Origin: Octopus vulgaris
Lineage: Eukaryota
NCBI GenBank assembly: GCA_951406725.2
Contig: OX597831.1
Coordinates: 70,680,001-70,744,000, forward strand
DNA length: 64,000 nucleotides
Direction of reading: 5' to 3'
Below the pieces are notes generated by a model. That model was not told where the DNA came from. It ran no database searches and saw nothing but the letters and a program-made list of their open reading frames with translations. The position numbers and the translations under genes were made by a program. Below are positions 35,081-48,415 of this stretch, in pieces (positions within the stretch are counted from its first letter, which is position 1; the number at the start of each line of letters is the position of its first letter).

Positions 35081-36915
35081 TACGAAGTACTTTCCAGAAC
35101 TTTTGAGACTGTTTCAGGAGACGCATATATTAATTTCAAAGAAATACAAAACTCTAATCTCCTTCAAAGTAAGATCCTCTGACTTCAATGCACTTGAAGT
35201 ACTCCAGCCGCTTCTTGAAGGCGCCATGGAAGTTGTCCAAAGTGAAAGCATCCAGGTGTCTTGTCACAGCCTCTTTCATCTTTTTAGTGACTTCAGAACA
35301 ATTGCCCCTAAGCTTCAGCTTGAGGAATGTCAAAAAGTCACAGGGAGCAAGATCTGGGCTCTAAGTTGAGCAGGGACAGTTTTGATGCTCATCTCTGTCA
35401 AGTAGTTGGCTACCAGGAACATTGTCTTGGTGGAGGTACTAAGGCCTTTTGTGAAGAAACCATTTCCTGAACCTCCACAAACCATTCTCTGTTTTACTGT
35501 CTGATCTGAAGGAACCCAGTGGGTATAGATGATGCCCTTACAACTGAAAAAGCAGTATCGTGATGAGATTCCTGGTGGACTTACTTGCCTGGTTTTCCTG
35601 AGTCTGGGTGAGCCGGAATGATTCCATCAGGCATTCTGTCTCTTGGTCTCTGGATCATAACAATAGATCCAGCTTTTGTCACAGGTCACTAGAGTCCCAA
35701 ATATTCTTGGACTGGAGGTAATGAGTTTGACCATCTTCCTGCTGTCGCCAACAGATATTTACTTCTATTCATTACTAAACACCCTGGGAGCAAACTTTAC
35801 ATAAATTTTGCCCGTGTTTAAATCTTCATCAATAATTCTGAATACATTTGCCACACCAACTCCAAATTGTACGTTCATCGTCTTTATAGACATATGATAG
35901 TCATTATCCAGAAAATTGTGAATTTTCTCAACCAGCTCTGAATGTTCTGAAAACCCTCTACCTCCAACAGTCTCATTGTCCCTCACCGCTTCTCTCTTAT
36001 CCTGAAATGTCTTGTACTAGTGAAACACAGATGCTCAGCTCATACAAATTAATCCATTAACACTCTGGTGCATTTCATAAGTTTCCGTACCAATTTTGCC
36101 CTGTTTAACACAACTTTATTGCATAACAAGTTTCTAAATTGCCTTCAGAGGCGTTCAAAGAGTTGTCACAGCCATCTCGTTCAATCTAGAATAAAAAATG
36201 TTGGCATGTCAATTATTAGCTGTATAGTAATGATATTCTATGAAGGTCAGCTTGAAAAATTGCACATTTAATTAGGTGTCAGAAGACATGGCACTCACTG
36301 AGCAGAAACCTTCATCATGCCAAGTTCAGTGTGCAGAATATTCTCAACTCTCTCATGGAATATACTAATAGCATTGGTTATTTGACTTATAGTCAATTGC
36401 CTGTCATCCATCACCATGTGGTGAACACAATCAGTGTTTTCCACAGTAGTGGCAGTTGTAGCCTGTCCAGACCTTGGGTCATCTTCAAGATTCTTTTTCT
36501 CCCTCCTAAACTCAGCTGCCAACGTTTGCACTGTTGATAAAGCTTGAGCATCGTCCCCAAATATAGCAACCATGTCAGCATGAATGTCCTTGGGGCCTGA
36601 ACATTTTTTCTGCAGGTACTTAATAAAACCATGAAGCTAAATTTGAACCATTTTAAAGAGAAGTCATTACTAATTATTTTTGTAGTCTTCATTAAACAGT
36701 CAGATGTGAGTTCACCTGGAAAAAAGCGATGTAGTACTTAATAAGAACGGTTCAGATTTCACAGCTCTAGCATCATTCTTTCATAATCAGCCTATGAACT
36801 TTTCAGCTAGCCCTCATAAAATTATAATAATCTTGAACAGTCATAACTACCTCTCCTAAAAGAAATTCTTATACCTTCTCTAATGCAGCTCTTATAAGAA
36901 GTCTCAAATATTACA
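35081..36915 (-). mobile_element. Decayed mariner transposon with a second nested mariner
   Basis: ORF 35765-35986 (..FGVGVANVFRIIDEDLN..KIYVKFAPRVFS), VTCDKSWIYCYDPETKRQ near 35690-35630; degenerate ends. Confidence 0.75.
36239..36818 (-). mobile_element. Internally deleted mariner (HTH region only)
   Basis: ORF 36295-36573 AAEFRREKKNLEDDPRSG..ILHTELGMMKVSAQ; degenerate TA-flanked TIRs TATGAGGGCTAGCTGAAAAG. Confidence 0.8.
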
Positions 36916-37249
36916 TTAGTTGGAATGTTGAGAGCTAAGAAAGGATTCACGAATGTCTGAGAGCTCTCCTTGAAAAAACACTAACTGCATTATTTTACGA
37001 AAGTTATAACACTAGTATATTATGCACATGAAACATGCACTAATCTGTTCTTAATAATCATGAAAATTCTGTAAACACATAGAAAAAAAATATTAATAGT
37101 TAGGGAAATTCAAATATTATTTCAAATATATTTACAGAAGTGAAACATTTCCAAATTAATTATAGGGGACAAACAACATCTTACTTCAATATTGTCAACA
37201 AATGTCAACAAATTTATTTGATAACAAGTTGTCGTAAAGAAAGTACATT

Positions 37250-38200
37250 GGAAAATTCTTTCTTACATTGAAAAAAAAGCAGGAATTTTATGAAGTATAT
37301 TATTGCTTTGACTCTGCATGAGGTATTTAGTCAACAACTTGAAAAATGTCAAAATGTTGGTCGATCATTGATGGATCAATGATATAAGCATCAGAAAATT
37401 ACATGGATAGTATTTTTCCTAAAGCATCAAAGAGTGCAATTAACTGTTTTTTCTCTTTTGAGATGTTCATTGTCGTATCAACAACAGGTGAATGTCTTTC
37501 TAATGCAACTGAGTGCAAGAGAGGAAAGGATTCAAAGCCCAAAGCAGAAGCTAAATAAATAAAAAAAACACAAAGCAAATGGTTTTATCATTTCTTGAGC
37601 AACCTATTCTTTCATCAGCATTAATAATGACAGGAGTGAGTGTATCAGACAGAATTAAGGGCTCTTCAAGAACCAGATGTGGTTTTCGAAGAGGCAGAAA
37701 ATACTAAACCTTTGAATAATGAGAAGCGAGAAAACACTGCGCATCGTGTATCAGGTGTGATTCATAATTGCAATCTAGGTTCCTTGGATTTTGTAAAAAA
37801 AACATTTAAAAAATATAATTTTCTGAGATATTCTGCAGACAGAAATGCTTATACTGGGTTCTAACTAAAGAACTACAGAAATCTTTAGAAAATAGTGGTA
37901 TCATTGATGCTGAAATTCAAACTGAATGACATGAAAAATGGCAAGATCTTGTCCACAGAATTCCCAGTTACATAAAAGTTAAGCAATACAAAATCTTGCA
38001 TTACACAGTGACAAAGAATCCTTGATACAAATGCAGGAAAGTGATTTCAAAAAGTTTTCTGTTGTTACTAAAATTGTTAACAAAGTTCAGTTTTCTCATG
38101 GAAGCACAGTCTCTGGGAGAATTATGATATTTCTCCTTGTTACTGCTAAGTGAATATACTCAACTGATGGCTTCTATGGTTCTTCACAATCTGCAATATA
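37250..38200 (+). pseudogene. hAT transposase relic (ZNF862/C17orf113-like)
   Basis: Ordered decayed motifs SIIDGS/DISI, STTGECLSNA, SALIMTGVSVSDRIK (like DGASVMTG..GV..RLK) and NTAHRV (like HC.AHRL); 3' extent approximate. Confidence 0.55.
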
Positions 38201-38246
38201 TATCATTCATTCATAAGACCAAATATTTTACCCTCAGGTTTGATTC

Positions 38247-39528
38247 TATTGGCTCATCCCATAACTAATGTGGTTTTTATGTACTTCTTTTATTTTTCAA
38301 AATTAAAATAAACAAAGTTCTTTTTTCATCTAAAATATACTCTCTTTCATTTTCTATAATACTCTTCCATCTGTCTGTAGACTTGCAAAGCCCTCTTCCA
38401 AAAGTCACTTGTCCCGTGATGAAAATTACTCTTCCAGTACTGTTCTGACTTCATCTACAGAATTCATATTTTTTCCATTAAATTGATTTTGAAGACTGTG
38501 GAATAAATGATAATCAGATGGAGCAAATATGGTCAGTGGGGTATCTTTTCCAATTCAAATTGCCTCCAGCCTTTGGAATGTTATCCTCATTGTATGTGAC
38601 TAAGCATTATCCTGATGGAAGAATACCTTTCGTCTTGAAATCAAAGATGGTCGTTTTTCTTCTAGCACTGACTTATGCTGCTCAAGCTGCTCGCAGTAGA
38701 TCTCCTTTGTTATCATTTGGTTTGGGTTTAAAAGTTCAAAGTGGACTAAACCTTTCATATCTCACCAAACAGATAACAACTCCTTACATGGGTGAAGACG
38801 TTCTTTCACCTGGGGTCCCGGTGTTTCTCTTTTCCCTGCCCATTGTCTTCGGCACTTGATATTTTTATAGAGAACCCATTTCTCATCACCAGTCACTATT
38901 CAGTCCAATAAAGGTTCATTCATGAAATGTGACAGCAAAGAAGAGCACACATTCACTCTCTGCGTGTGATTAGACTTGGAAAGTTGATGAGGAACTCATC
39001 GACACAATTTGCTGACTTTTCTGATGGCTCGCAGGTGTCAATGAATGGTTGAATGACCAAATCCAAGTTTCTCTGCTTGTTCCTCAACAGTTACAATGAG
39101 ATTTTGTTCCACCAGGGTTTGCAGGACGTCCTCATCAAGCTCTACAGATGTTCTAGGATGTGACTTGTCTTCTAGGCTGTAGTTTCTGGCTTGGAATTTC
39201 TGGAACCACTGTTGATACTGGCTTACGCTTATTGTCCAATCCCCATATACTGCATTAATATTCCTCCCACTTTCTGTTATGTTGTTGCCATTATTGAACT
39301 CATAAAGCAAAATATGCTGAATATGCTCCTTTGTCACTTGCATTATAGCTTTGGAAAAATAGCTGTTCAAGTCAAACTACACTCTTGCAAACTTGCACTA
39401 AGAATAAGTAGAATGCAAAATTACTACATGCTATTATAGAAATTTGATGCAGGTAGTTTATACAATCCTCCTCCGACTTTAAGTTTAAGCACTTGAAAAA
39501 ACCACATTATTTATGGGATGACCCAATA
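38247..39528 (-). mobile_element. Full-length decayed mariner (Mos1-like), ~1.28 kb
   Basis: ~30-bp TIRs TATTGGCTCATCCCATAACTAATGTGGTTTTT and AAAAACCACATTATTTATGGGATGACCCAATA with terminal TA; ORF 39038-39370 HILLYEF..WFQKF; VTGDEKWVLY; APSDYHLFHSLQN. Confidence 0.9.
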
Positions 39529-39639
39529 CTTAAGATCAAGCATAACAAGAGCAAATGGCAGAAACAATTTATATTGATACATTGATGTTGATATTGATTT
39601 TAAAGAGACTTTTTTAACAATAGTTTTTCCTTGGATTCC

Positions 39640-40160
39640 ATCTTCATCATCATCATCATCATTTAACGTCTGCTTTCTATGCTGGCATGGGTTAGACAGT
39701 TTGACTGGAACTGGTAAGCCAGAGAGCGGCACCAGGTTCTAGTCTGATTTTCCATGGTTTCTACAGCTGGCTGTCCTTCCTAACCCCAACCATGAAGTGT
39801 GTAATGGGTGGTTTTTTATGTGCCACTGGCATGGATGTTTTTGTGTGCCATTCGCATGGGTGCCAGTTATGTGACACCAGCATCAGCCACAACTATGATC
39901 TCACTTGGTTTGACAGGTCTTCTCAAGCACAGCATAACACCAAAGGTCTCAGTCACTTGTCATCACCTCTGTGATGTTCAACATTCAAAGATCATGCTTC
40001 ATCACTCTGTCCATTTCTTACTAGGCCTACCTCTTCCACAGGTTCCCTTCACAGTTAGAGATTGGCACTTATTTACACAGCTGTCCTCCCCCATGTGCTC
40101 ACATGACCATACTAGCACAGTTGTCTCTCTTGCATACCACATCTAATGCCTCTTATGTAA
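39640..40160 (-). mobile_element. RTE LINE 3' fragment
   Basis: (CAT)n tail, UTR and C-terminal coding remnant homologous to 51340-52210. Confidence 0.75.
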
Positions 40161-40339
40161 TTAAAACAAACATAGGTGCAGGAGTGGCTGTGTGGTAGGT
40201 AGCTTGCTAACCAACCACATGGTTCCGGGTTCAGTCCCACTGCGTGGCACCTTGGGCAAGTGTCTTCTACTATAGCCTCGGGCCGACCAAAGCCTTGTGA
40301 GTGGATTTGGTAGACGGAAACTGAAAGAAGCCTGTCGTA

Positions 40340-40397
<58 letters not shown>

Positions 40398-40398
<1 letters not shown>

Positions 40399-41030
40399 CG
40401 GGAAGCTTTATGAAAATAAACAAAAGACGAAGGCAGGTGGAAAACAAACGAACAATTGTATTAGTATGGCGCTCAGGAAATATAAATAAAACAAGTCTTT
40501 AACGTTTCGAGCCTACGCTCTTCAACAGAAAGATACAGAGAGAGAAAAAACACAGAAAGAAGGAGAGAAAAAAAATGCGTGCAGTAGCTAACGAATCAAC
40601 ATGGCGATCTGATTTCGGCCAGAGGTCAAAGATCAAACATGAGACGCGAGAGCGAGATAAGGGGAGATAATAGGGTTGATAAAAGGGTTGAGGGACCAGC
40701 TAAAAGTGCGTGGGAGGGGTCTGGATGTGTGTATGTATAGGGTTGGTGTATGTATTAGTATGTATAAGGGTGTGTGTGTGTGTGTGTGTGTGTATGAGAG
40801 AGTATTAGTGCGTAAGATTGGTCTGGACGTGCGTATGTATGGGGTTGGTGTATGTATTAGTATGTATTAGTATGTATTAGTACGTATTGGTATGTATAGG
40901 TGTGTGTGTGTGTGTGTGAGAGAGTATAAGTGCGTATGCGGGGTCTGGACGTGTGTATGTATAGGGTTGGTGTAAGTATTAGTATGTACTGGTATGTATT
41001 AGTACGTATTAGTATGTATTAGTTCGTGTG
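40398..41030 (-). mobile_element. PLE pLTR/retrozyme-like insert with hammerhead motif and ~100-120 bp x3 tandem repeat
   Basis: 3' end abuts (TA)n; hammerhead-like motif 40496-40533; TTTCCTGAGCG at 40480-40470; repeat units begin GGTCTGGA at ~40719, 40820 and 40942. Confidence 0.7.
40496..40533 (-). ncRNA. Minimal hammerhead-like motif (A6-to-U core variant)
   Basis: Minus strand TCTTT-CTGTTGA-A-GAGC-GTAG-GCTC-GAAACGTT-AAAGA. Confidence 0.6.
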
Positions 41031-41812
41031 TGTATATATATATGCGTGTGTGTATATGTTTGTGTGTCTGTGTTTGTCCTCCTAGCATTGCTTGACAACC
41101 GATGCTGGTGTGTTTACGTCCCCGTCACTTAGCAGTTTGGCAAAAAGAGACCGATAGAATAAGTACTGGGCTTACAAAGAATAAGTCCCGGGGTCGATTT
41201 GCTCGACTAAAGGCGGTGCTCCAGCATGGCCGCAGTCAAATGACTGAAACAAGTAAAAGAGTAAAAGAGAGTATGTGGTGAAAACATGGTGGAAATATTT
41301 TTGGATCAACTTCTAAAAGACAAAATGCCATTATAAAACTGTTTATCTTCGTGCTCTGTTAGTTTGATATTTAGAACTGATTATAAAATGGTGTTCAACA
41401 GAAAAAGCTGTAGTTATTTTTATAAACTGCAATAACCATTCTTTGAATTTGGTTGGAATACAGTTTAGGATTAATGGTCAGTGACCACTTGAATCCAGGC
41501 TGAAATTATGTGTTGAATATTATATTCAAGTCACAATCATTTATGTATAATGTTTAACGATATGTTTCTGTTTGCTGTCATATTAAAGAAATAGTGTTGG
41601 TGTTGGAGGCGATCAAACAATAAACAGGGAGGGAGTGAGTCACAGGAGAAAATGTAAAACAGAACTACAAACACTTTGTAGACAATGGGGGGGGGGGGGG
41701 AGGGGCTATACACTCCACAAGGCTCGAAGCCTGGTGTAATCTGATGCAGCTATTCTAAGTGCAAATGAAACTATTCACATTAATATGGAAATCAGCTGAT
41801 TATGTATACAAA

Positions 41813-42217
41813 TGTGCAAGAGTGGCTGTGTGGTAAGTAGCTTGCTAACCAACCACGTGGTTCCAGGTTCAGTTGCACTGTGTGGCATCTTGGGCAAGTG
41901 TCTTCTGCTATAGCCCCGGGCCGACCAATGCCTTGTGAGTGGATTTGGTAGACGGAAACTGAAAGAAGCCCGTTGTATATATGTATATGTATGTGTGTGT
42001 GTGTGTTTGTGTGTCTGTGTTTGTCCCCCTAGCATTGCTTGACAACCGATGCTGGTGTGTTTACATCCCCGTCACTTAGCAGTTCGGCAAAAAGAGACTG
42101 ATAAAATAAGTACTAGGCTTACAAAGAATAAGTCCCGGGGTCGATTTGCTCGACTAGAGGCGGTGCTCCAGCATGGCCACAGTCAAATGACTGAAACAAG
42201 TAAAAGAAAGAAAAGAA
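41813..42217 (+). mobile_element. SINE family A
   Basis: Full-length copy. Confidence 0.9.
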
Positions 42218-43039
42218 ATGTTTCAAATGCCATTGTTAAGCAACTGATAAACAAACAAGAATAGGGATGTCCAAAGATCTCGTTAAAGACCACCAGGTTT
42301 GGAAATTTTGTCAAAAGTCTCTCCAAGTAAATAAGTGTTGTTTAAATAAATTAATTTTTAAGTTGTATTTAATAACTTGCATTTCTTAGAGTGTGAGATC
42401 ATGATTACACATCTTAATTGTGGAGTAGAGTTTGGAATCAAAGCTAGATGAGAGTAAAAATTGTTGTTTGCATGCATAAAACAGTGTAGAGATCCAGAAA
42501 ATTCAGTTTATCTGACTGTCAAAAAATTATGGGACCAATTGTCACCAATATTTGAACATATATGATTAACTAAAGATAAAGGTAGTTAGTTACCTTCTCA
42601 TATCATGCCAACTCTTAAGAGCCAGTTTCTCAGTTTCATGGTATATACATTTATTCTCCACCTGAACAGGATACCAGTCCATCACAGTATTACTCATTTT
42701 TGCCAGCTGAGTGGACTGGAACAATGTGAAATACTCTCTCTCTTTTACTTGTTTCAGTCATTTGACTTTTACTTGTTTCAGTCTGTAGCTTCGGTAATGT
42801 CTGGGTGTTGCACTTTATGACCAGCCATCACTGAAATGCACATGCTGTCCCTTAACCATTCTGTTATCTAATATCTGATTATTTAATAGCCCAACTTAAG
42901 ACCGGGAGAAATGGATCTATAATACTGTATACTTTTATTAATATGCCCACTCTATTGCTAAATATATGAGTGTGTATTATTTCCTGGTTTATGGATTCTT
43001 ATAAACACACACACACATACCCATGTGTATGTGTGTATA

Positions 43040-43210
43040 TCATCATACAGCTTGATGCCCTTCCTAACACCAACCACCCCTTGAGTGTAGTGGGTGCTTT
43101 TTACGTGCCAGACGGGGCTGGCAGACGGCCACGATCGGATGGTGCTTTTTACGTGCCACCAGCACGGGGACCAGACGAAGCTGGCAACGGCCATGGTCGT
43201 TGCCAGCTTC
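43040..43210 (-). mobile_element. RTE 3'-end-derived fragment
   Basis: GATGCCCTTCCTAACACCAACC..GGTGCTTTTTACGTGCC twice. Confidence 0.75.
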
Positions 43211-43407
43211 AATACATATATACACAAACACACATACACACATGCATACTCACACACACACACATGGATAGATGGATATGTTCTTCCAATTTCTGGAGGC
43301 TACAAAGACATTTAAAAAGAGAAACATCTTGTTCTTTTCTTTACTCTCTTATCTCACTCTGCATCAGTCTGCCTGTCTCTCTTTCTCCTCCCACTCTCTC
43401 TTTCTCT

Positions 43408-43439
<32 letters not shown>

Positions 43440-44094
43440 TCTCCCACACTCTCTCTTTCTCTGTCTTGGTTGTTTCTCTTTTGGTTTTTTCTTTTTAAAT
43501 GCAAATAGTATAAGATACTTTCTTCTGTCAATTATGAATTTTTGGCTTCACACAGATACTTAAATTGATTAAATAAATAGGACAACAGGATATGATGGAG
43601 ATTTGGCAGCTATTTCTTGGTCAGCCATCATGCAGAGGTGTCTACACCATAAATTTGTAGATAATTGCAAACAGCTAATGATGTTATACTACTGTGTATC
43701 TAGGTTTAGGATTAGGGTTATGTAAGGCCATAATCAAAAGCATTCCAGCCATGACACCCTATCTTTAATTTTACACTCCATAGAATGTGATATCAGCTGC
43801 TATTTCTTGCAGGCTGAGCAACCATGCAAGCACTTCCTCTTTAAATTTTGGATTACAGAAAGGTGTGATAGATGTTGCATCCATCAAACCAACTGGCCAA
43901 CCAGCCTAGAGCAACCTTAAATGGTAATCTGCTATGTTCTATATTTCATTCTACTGGTGAAATTATTAGTCAGTTCTTTTATTTCCATACTCTTTCACTA
44001 ATATCATCTACCGGACTGCTGTATTACTGAGGTACAATCTTCCATGTAGGTCGGTCTTGGCAAACTGGAACATTGATCAGCCTTCAATGTACAC

Positions 44095-44301
44095 GAGGCA
44101 ATTTCTACTCTTCTCCTCTGAAAGCTATCTACTCGCAATACCAGAGGGCGCACACTCTCCTACCCAGATGTAATCTCCAGGGATATAGGCATCCAGCAAC
44201 AGGACCTCCGTAATGCTATGATGGAACGTGAAGTCTGGCGTAGCATGGTAAATTCCATTGTCTCAACCAAGGTCGAACAATGATGATGATGATGATGATG
44301 A
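44095..44301 (+). mobile_element. 5'-truncated RTE/RTEX LINE 3' end with (TGA)n tail
   Basis: RNTRGRTLSYPDVISRDIGIQQQDLRNAMMEREVWRSMV...* followed by (TGA)n. Confidence 0.75.
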
Positions 44302-45131
44302 CAATTGGAAATGCTTCACACTTCAAATGTAGTACACTTGAAAAATGCATACAAGCCTTGTGCTCCCGAATCCCTCATTCTTAAAAGTGAAATGGCATGC
44401 TTTGGATTTGGGCCATGCTGGGGCATACCTTCAAGAGTTTCAGTCAATGATAGTCATACAAGTACTTCGGCTTGTGCTCATTTAAATAAAGTCATGTGTT
44501 AAGTAACTTACAAAAACTTATGTTTCCATCAATAATGCCATGAAATGAAAAACGATAAGAGAGATTGACGCAGAAACACACAAGAAGTATTTAATTGGTA
44601 CTTCATTTTAATATGGCTGCTATCATCACAGTCTGTTTAGTTTTTGTTGTTGTATCTTGCAATTCAGACTGCTTCGTGGTCCCATCAGACAAAATGGAAA
44701 AAGTGTTGTTCTGGAGGATGGCGAATGAGACACCCTGGGACAAACACTCCTACTCACAGGGCTTGCATTTACAGATAGCCGTCTCTACCCCAATAGCAGT
44801 GAGTAGGGACATGGGGTTCGGGGGTCAAGAACACCTGAGGTCTCTACTGACTGAACTCCTTTCAATGTATTACTTCTTAAAGTGTAAATATTGTTAGGAT
44901 TTTAAACCTATTTACACTGCTATATATTTTCGCAGATGTACATACACAAACAAATACATATATACACAGAATGGACATGGCTGTAGTTAAGAAATTCACT
45001 GCATACCAACATAGATTCAGGTTCAATCCTACCATGTGGCACTTTGGGAAAATATTTTCTACTATGGCTTCAAGTTGATGAATGCCTTGTTGGTGAAATT
45101 GGTACATGGAAACTATATGGAAACTAGTATA

Positions 45132-46027
45132 TATGAGGTCTGATCAATAAGTATCCGGACTGTTGACATAGTAATGAAGCTAAAGCACACAGAGTAAAAC
45201 TGCTTGGCACAGATTGACCTTGAACTCTGCTGTGCACGCGCACAAAGTTTTAACATTCTAGCTCACTTCTGCTGTTTACAGCAGTGCTTGGAAGGAAGGT
45301 GTGTAGCATGTGATCGTCGCATTGACCATGACAGAGAAAGTTGCATGGTAATCCCGCTCAGAGACCTACGCAAGGTTGCAGAAAATGTATGGAGATGAGT
45401 GTATGGGCTGCACACAAGTGTATGAATGGTTCAGATGATTTCAAGATGGCAAAAATAATGCCAATATTGACGACATTCTCAGAGACCCGCAACCGACAGA
45501 ATTGAGAAAAACTTCACAGATGTGCATGCAGCTGTGAGGGAAAATTGTCGAATCCCCATCCATGAGTTATCAGAGGATGTGCAGATTAGTTATGATTCAG
45601 TTCAGTCCATTATCACTGAAGATTTGGGTATGAGATGCGTGTTTGCCAAGTTTGTGCCAAAACTGCTTTCGTCTGACCAAAAAGACACTCAAGTTTCAGT
45701 TTCACAAAATCTCTTTCATTGTGTCGAGAATGACGAAAACTTTTCGAAAACTTTGCATAGGCCTCTGAGCAAGTATCGCCAAGCTTTTGGCAAAATTTGA
45801 GGCAGATTCTCTGCTCGACTTTCTCTGTCATGATCATTGCAACGATTACATGCTACACACCTTCCTTCCACGTGCTTCTGTAAATAGCAGAAGGGAGCTA
45901 GAATGTTAAAAGTCAGTGCACATGCACTGCAGTGTTCAATGTCAATCTGTGCCAAGTGGCTTCACTTTGCATGCTTTAGCTTCGTTACCATAGCAACAGA
46001 CTGGAAGCTTATTGATCAGACCATGTA
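45132..46027. mobile_element. Non-autonomous mariner derivative with inverted ends over 200 bp
   Basis: TATGAGGTCTGATCAATAAG..CTTATTGATCAGACCATGTA; ORFs 45204(+) and 45716(-) mirror each other; internal HTH remnant VQSIITEDLGMRCVFAKFVPKLLS; inserted in an old SINE A at ~44975. Confidence 0.85.
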
Positions 46028-46832
46028 TATAAATGTATCAGTGCATGGGTGTATATCTGTGTATGTGTGTCTGTGTCTGTGTCTGTGTACATGTTGGTAT
46101 GCATGTGTGTGTATGAGTGTGTATATGTGGTAAGGAGTGCATGTATGTGTGTAAGTGCTTGTATATGTGTGTTTGTAGCTTTGTCTTTGCATTGACACTC
46201 CTTTTCTTTATGGCTAACATAAGCAAAGATACCAACATCAATTCAACATGCAAAGTACCTTAAAAAACAAGTAAAGGTTTGCATCAGGAAAGGCTTCCAG
46301 TCGTAGAATACTGCCTCAAGGCATTTCATCCAGCTCATGAGAGTATAAAAATATGGACATGAAAACAATGATGACAGTGATAATGATGATGACGATGAGG
46401 GTGATGCTGTGGATGTGTGTGTGCGTATGTGTGTGTGTGCGTGCGTGTGTGTCTGTCTGTCAGTCTGTCTGTGTCTGTGTGTGTGTGAGACGAGCAGCCA
46501 CACAGTTTCCATCAGCCAAATTCCATACAGATAGGATTAATTCAGTTGAGGTTATGAAGTCAATACCCTTGCTCAAAGTGTTATTCAATTAAATTACTCT
46601 GGAAACTGTCATCATCATCACCATTGTTTTAATATCCATTTTTTTCCTTGCACAGATGGGTGGCACAGAATCTCCTGAGGTGGGTTTTCTCCAGCCGAAT
46701 GTTCTTGCTGTCATAGCCTTCACCGATTCCCAAGTAGTGTAACATTTCCCTGTGATGAAACATGTTCTCACAGAAGCTTGGAAATGGCGGTCACAGCTTA
46801 CATAACTCAAAATCAAGGCAAGAAGACACTAA

Positions 46833-46894
46833 CGCACACACGCACACACACACACACACACACACGCGCGCGCACACACACTCACACATACACA

Positions 46895-46937
<43 letters not shown>

Positions 46938-47152
46938 ACACACGCACACACGCACACACACACACACACTCACACACACACACAACCTATATGAAGGGCT
47001 TCTTTCAGTTTCAGATAGATCTTCCCCCAAGGCTTTAATTAGTCCATGGCTATAGCAGAAGGCACTTGCTCGAGGTGCCCTGCTCTGGGACTGAACCTGA
47101 AACCATGCAGTTGGGAAGCAAATTTTTCTGTCATGCAACCACTCCTGCACCT
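46833..47152 (-). mobile_element. (CA)n plus the 5' half of a diverged SINE A
   Basis: GGGCTTCTTTCAGTTTC..CCACTCCTGCACCT. Confidence 0.7.
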
Positions 47153-47703
47153 ACAAAACAACCTATAAGACTGAAAAACAAACTTCTTAAATACACAGCT
47201 GTATATTTTGTTTGCATTTGAATTTGAATGGACATCTTTATTACATTCTCTATTGCATTTAGCATATCAACAGTTTAATACATGTAAATATATTTAAAAA
47301 TATTTCCACCTCATTGTAGAAATATTGCTGAGCTATAAAGTCAAGTTTTTATGTTTTATTTATCATTTTTGTGGAGGAGGTGCAAGCATGGTCTGGTGCT
47401 GTCTGGATTAATGGAAACGGTTCTAATTAATGGGTTGCATTGTTAGTGTTTCTATTATAACTGAAGCCCACAGTAGCACCCAGGCTTGGCTTAGTATTAA
47501 CAAGTTGTGATCAATTTTCAGCAAGATCAATCAATAAAAATCAATGTTACAGTAATGCCAATGCTTAGCACCAAACCATTCCATCATGTGTTACCTTCTT
47601 TCAACTCAGGGGTCTGAGCTCTTGGGAAATTTTCAAAATCTGATAAACCCTGTGTATCATTAATATAATATTTCTGGAAGGCCCTTTATCAGAGAAGAAA
47701 TAA

Positions 47704-47920
47704 TGATTTCAACTTTTGGTACAGGATCAGTAGTTTTGAGGGAAGGGGCAAGTCACAAACATCGACCCCAGTAATTGATTGGTTCTTATTACTTTGATCT
47801 AAAAAGGATGAAAGGCAAAGTCAACCTCTGTGGAATTTGAACTCAGAACGTAATGCATCAGAAGAAATGCTGCCAAGCATTTTCCCCAAAGTGCTGAAGA
47901 TTCTGCTAGCTCACCTCCTT
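47704..47920 (-). mobile_element. SINE B, diverged
   Basis: Core GGATGAAAGGCAAAGTCAACC; TSD TTATCAGAGAAGAAATAAT. Confidence 0.8.
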
Positions 47921-47997
47921 ATCAGAGAAGAAATAATAAAAAGTGTAATGATACGATTTATTATATTAGTAATATCTGCTTTTGACATGAACCAGTT

Positions 47998-48415
47998 TCT
48001 CTTTCTCTTTTCTCTTTTACTTGTTTCAGTCATTTTGACTGTGGCCATGCTGGAGCACCACCTTTAGTCGAGCAAATCGACCCCAGGACTTATTCTTTGT
48101 AAGCCTAGTACTTATTCTATCGATCTCTTTTGCCGAACCGCTAAATGACGGGGACGTAAACACACCAGCATCGGTTGTCAAGCAATGCTAGGGGGACAAA
48201 CACAGACACACTCACACAAACACACACACATATATATATATATACATATATACGACAGGCTTCTTTCAGTTTCCGTCTACCAAATCCACTCACAAGGCAT
48301 TGGTCGGCCCGGGGCTATAGCAGAAGACACTTGCCCAAGATGCCACGCAGTGGGACTAAACCCGGAACCATGTGGTTGGTTAGCAAGCTACTTACCACAC
48401 AGCCACTCCTGCGCC
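47998..48415 (-). mobile_element. SINE family A
   Basis: Full-length reverse copy. Confidence 0.9.

Larger units (their letters stand above)
40174..41272 (+). mobile_element. SINE family A split by a ~640-bp insert in its (TA)n tract
   Basis: 5' half at 40174-40397 and 3' half at ~41035-41272. Confidence 0.9.

Noticed and set aside
37399-37550. Apparent minus-strand terminal exon (SALGFESFPLLHSVALERHSPVVDTTMNISKEKKQLIALFDALGKILSM*) with a good acceptor and downstream AATAAA
   Set aside because: It lies antisense to ordered hAT transposase motifs on the plus strand, so an antisense shadow is the simpler explanation; exonisation is not excluded without RNA data
43700-43720. TAGGTTTAGGATTAGGGTTA telomere-like repeat
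   Set aside because: Only about three degenerate units inside an old repeat
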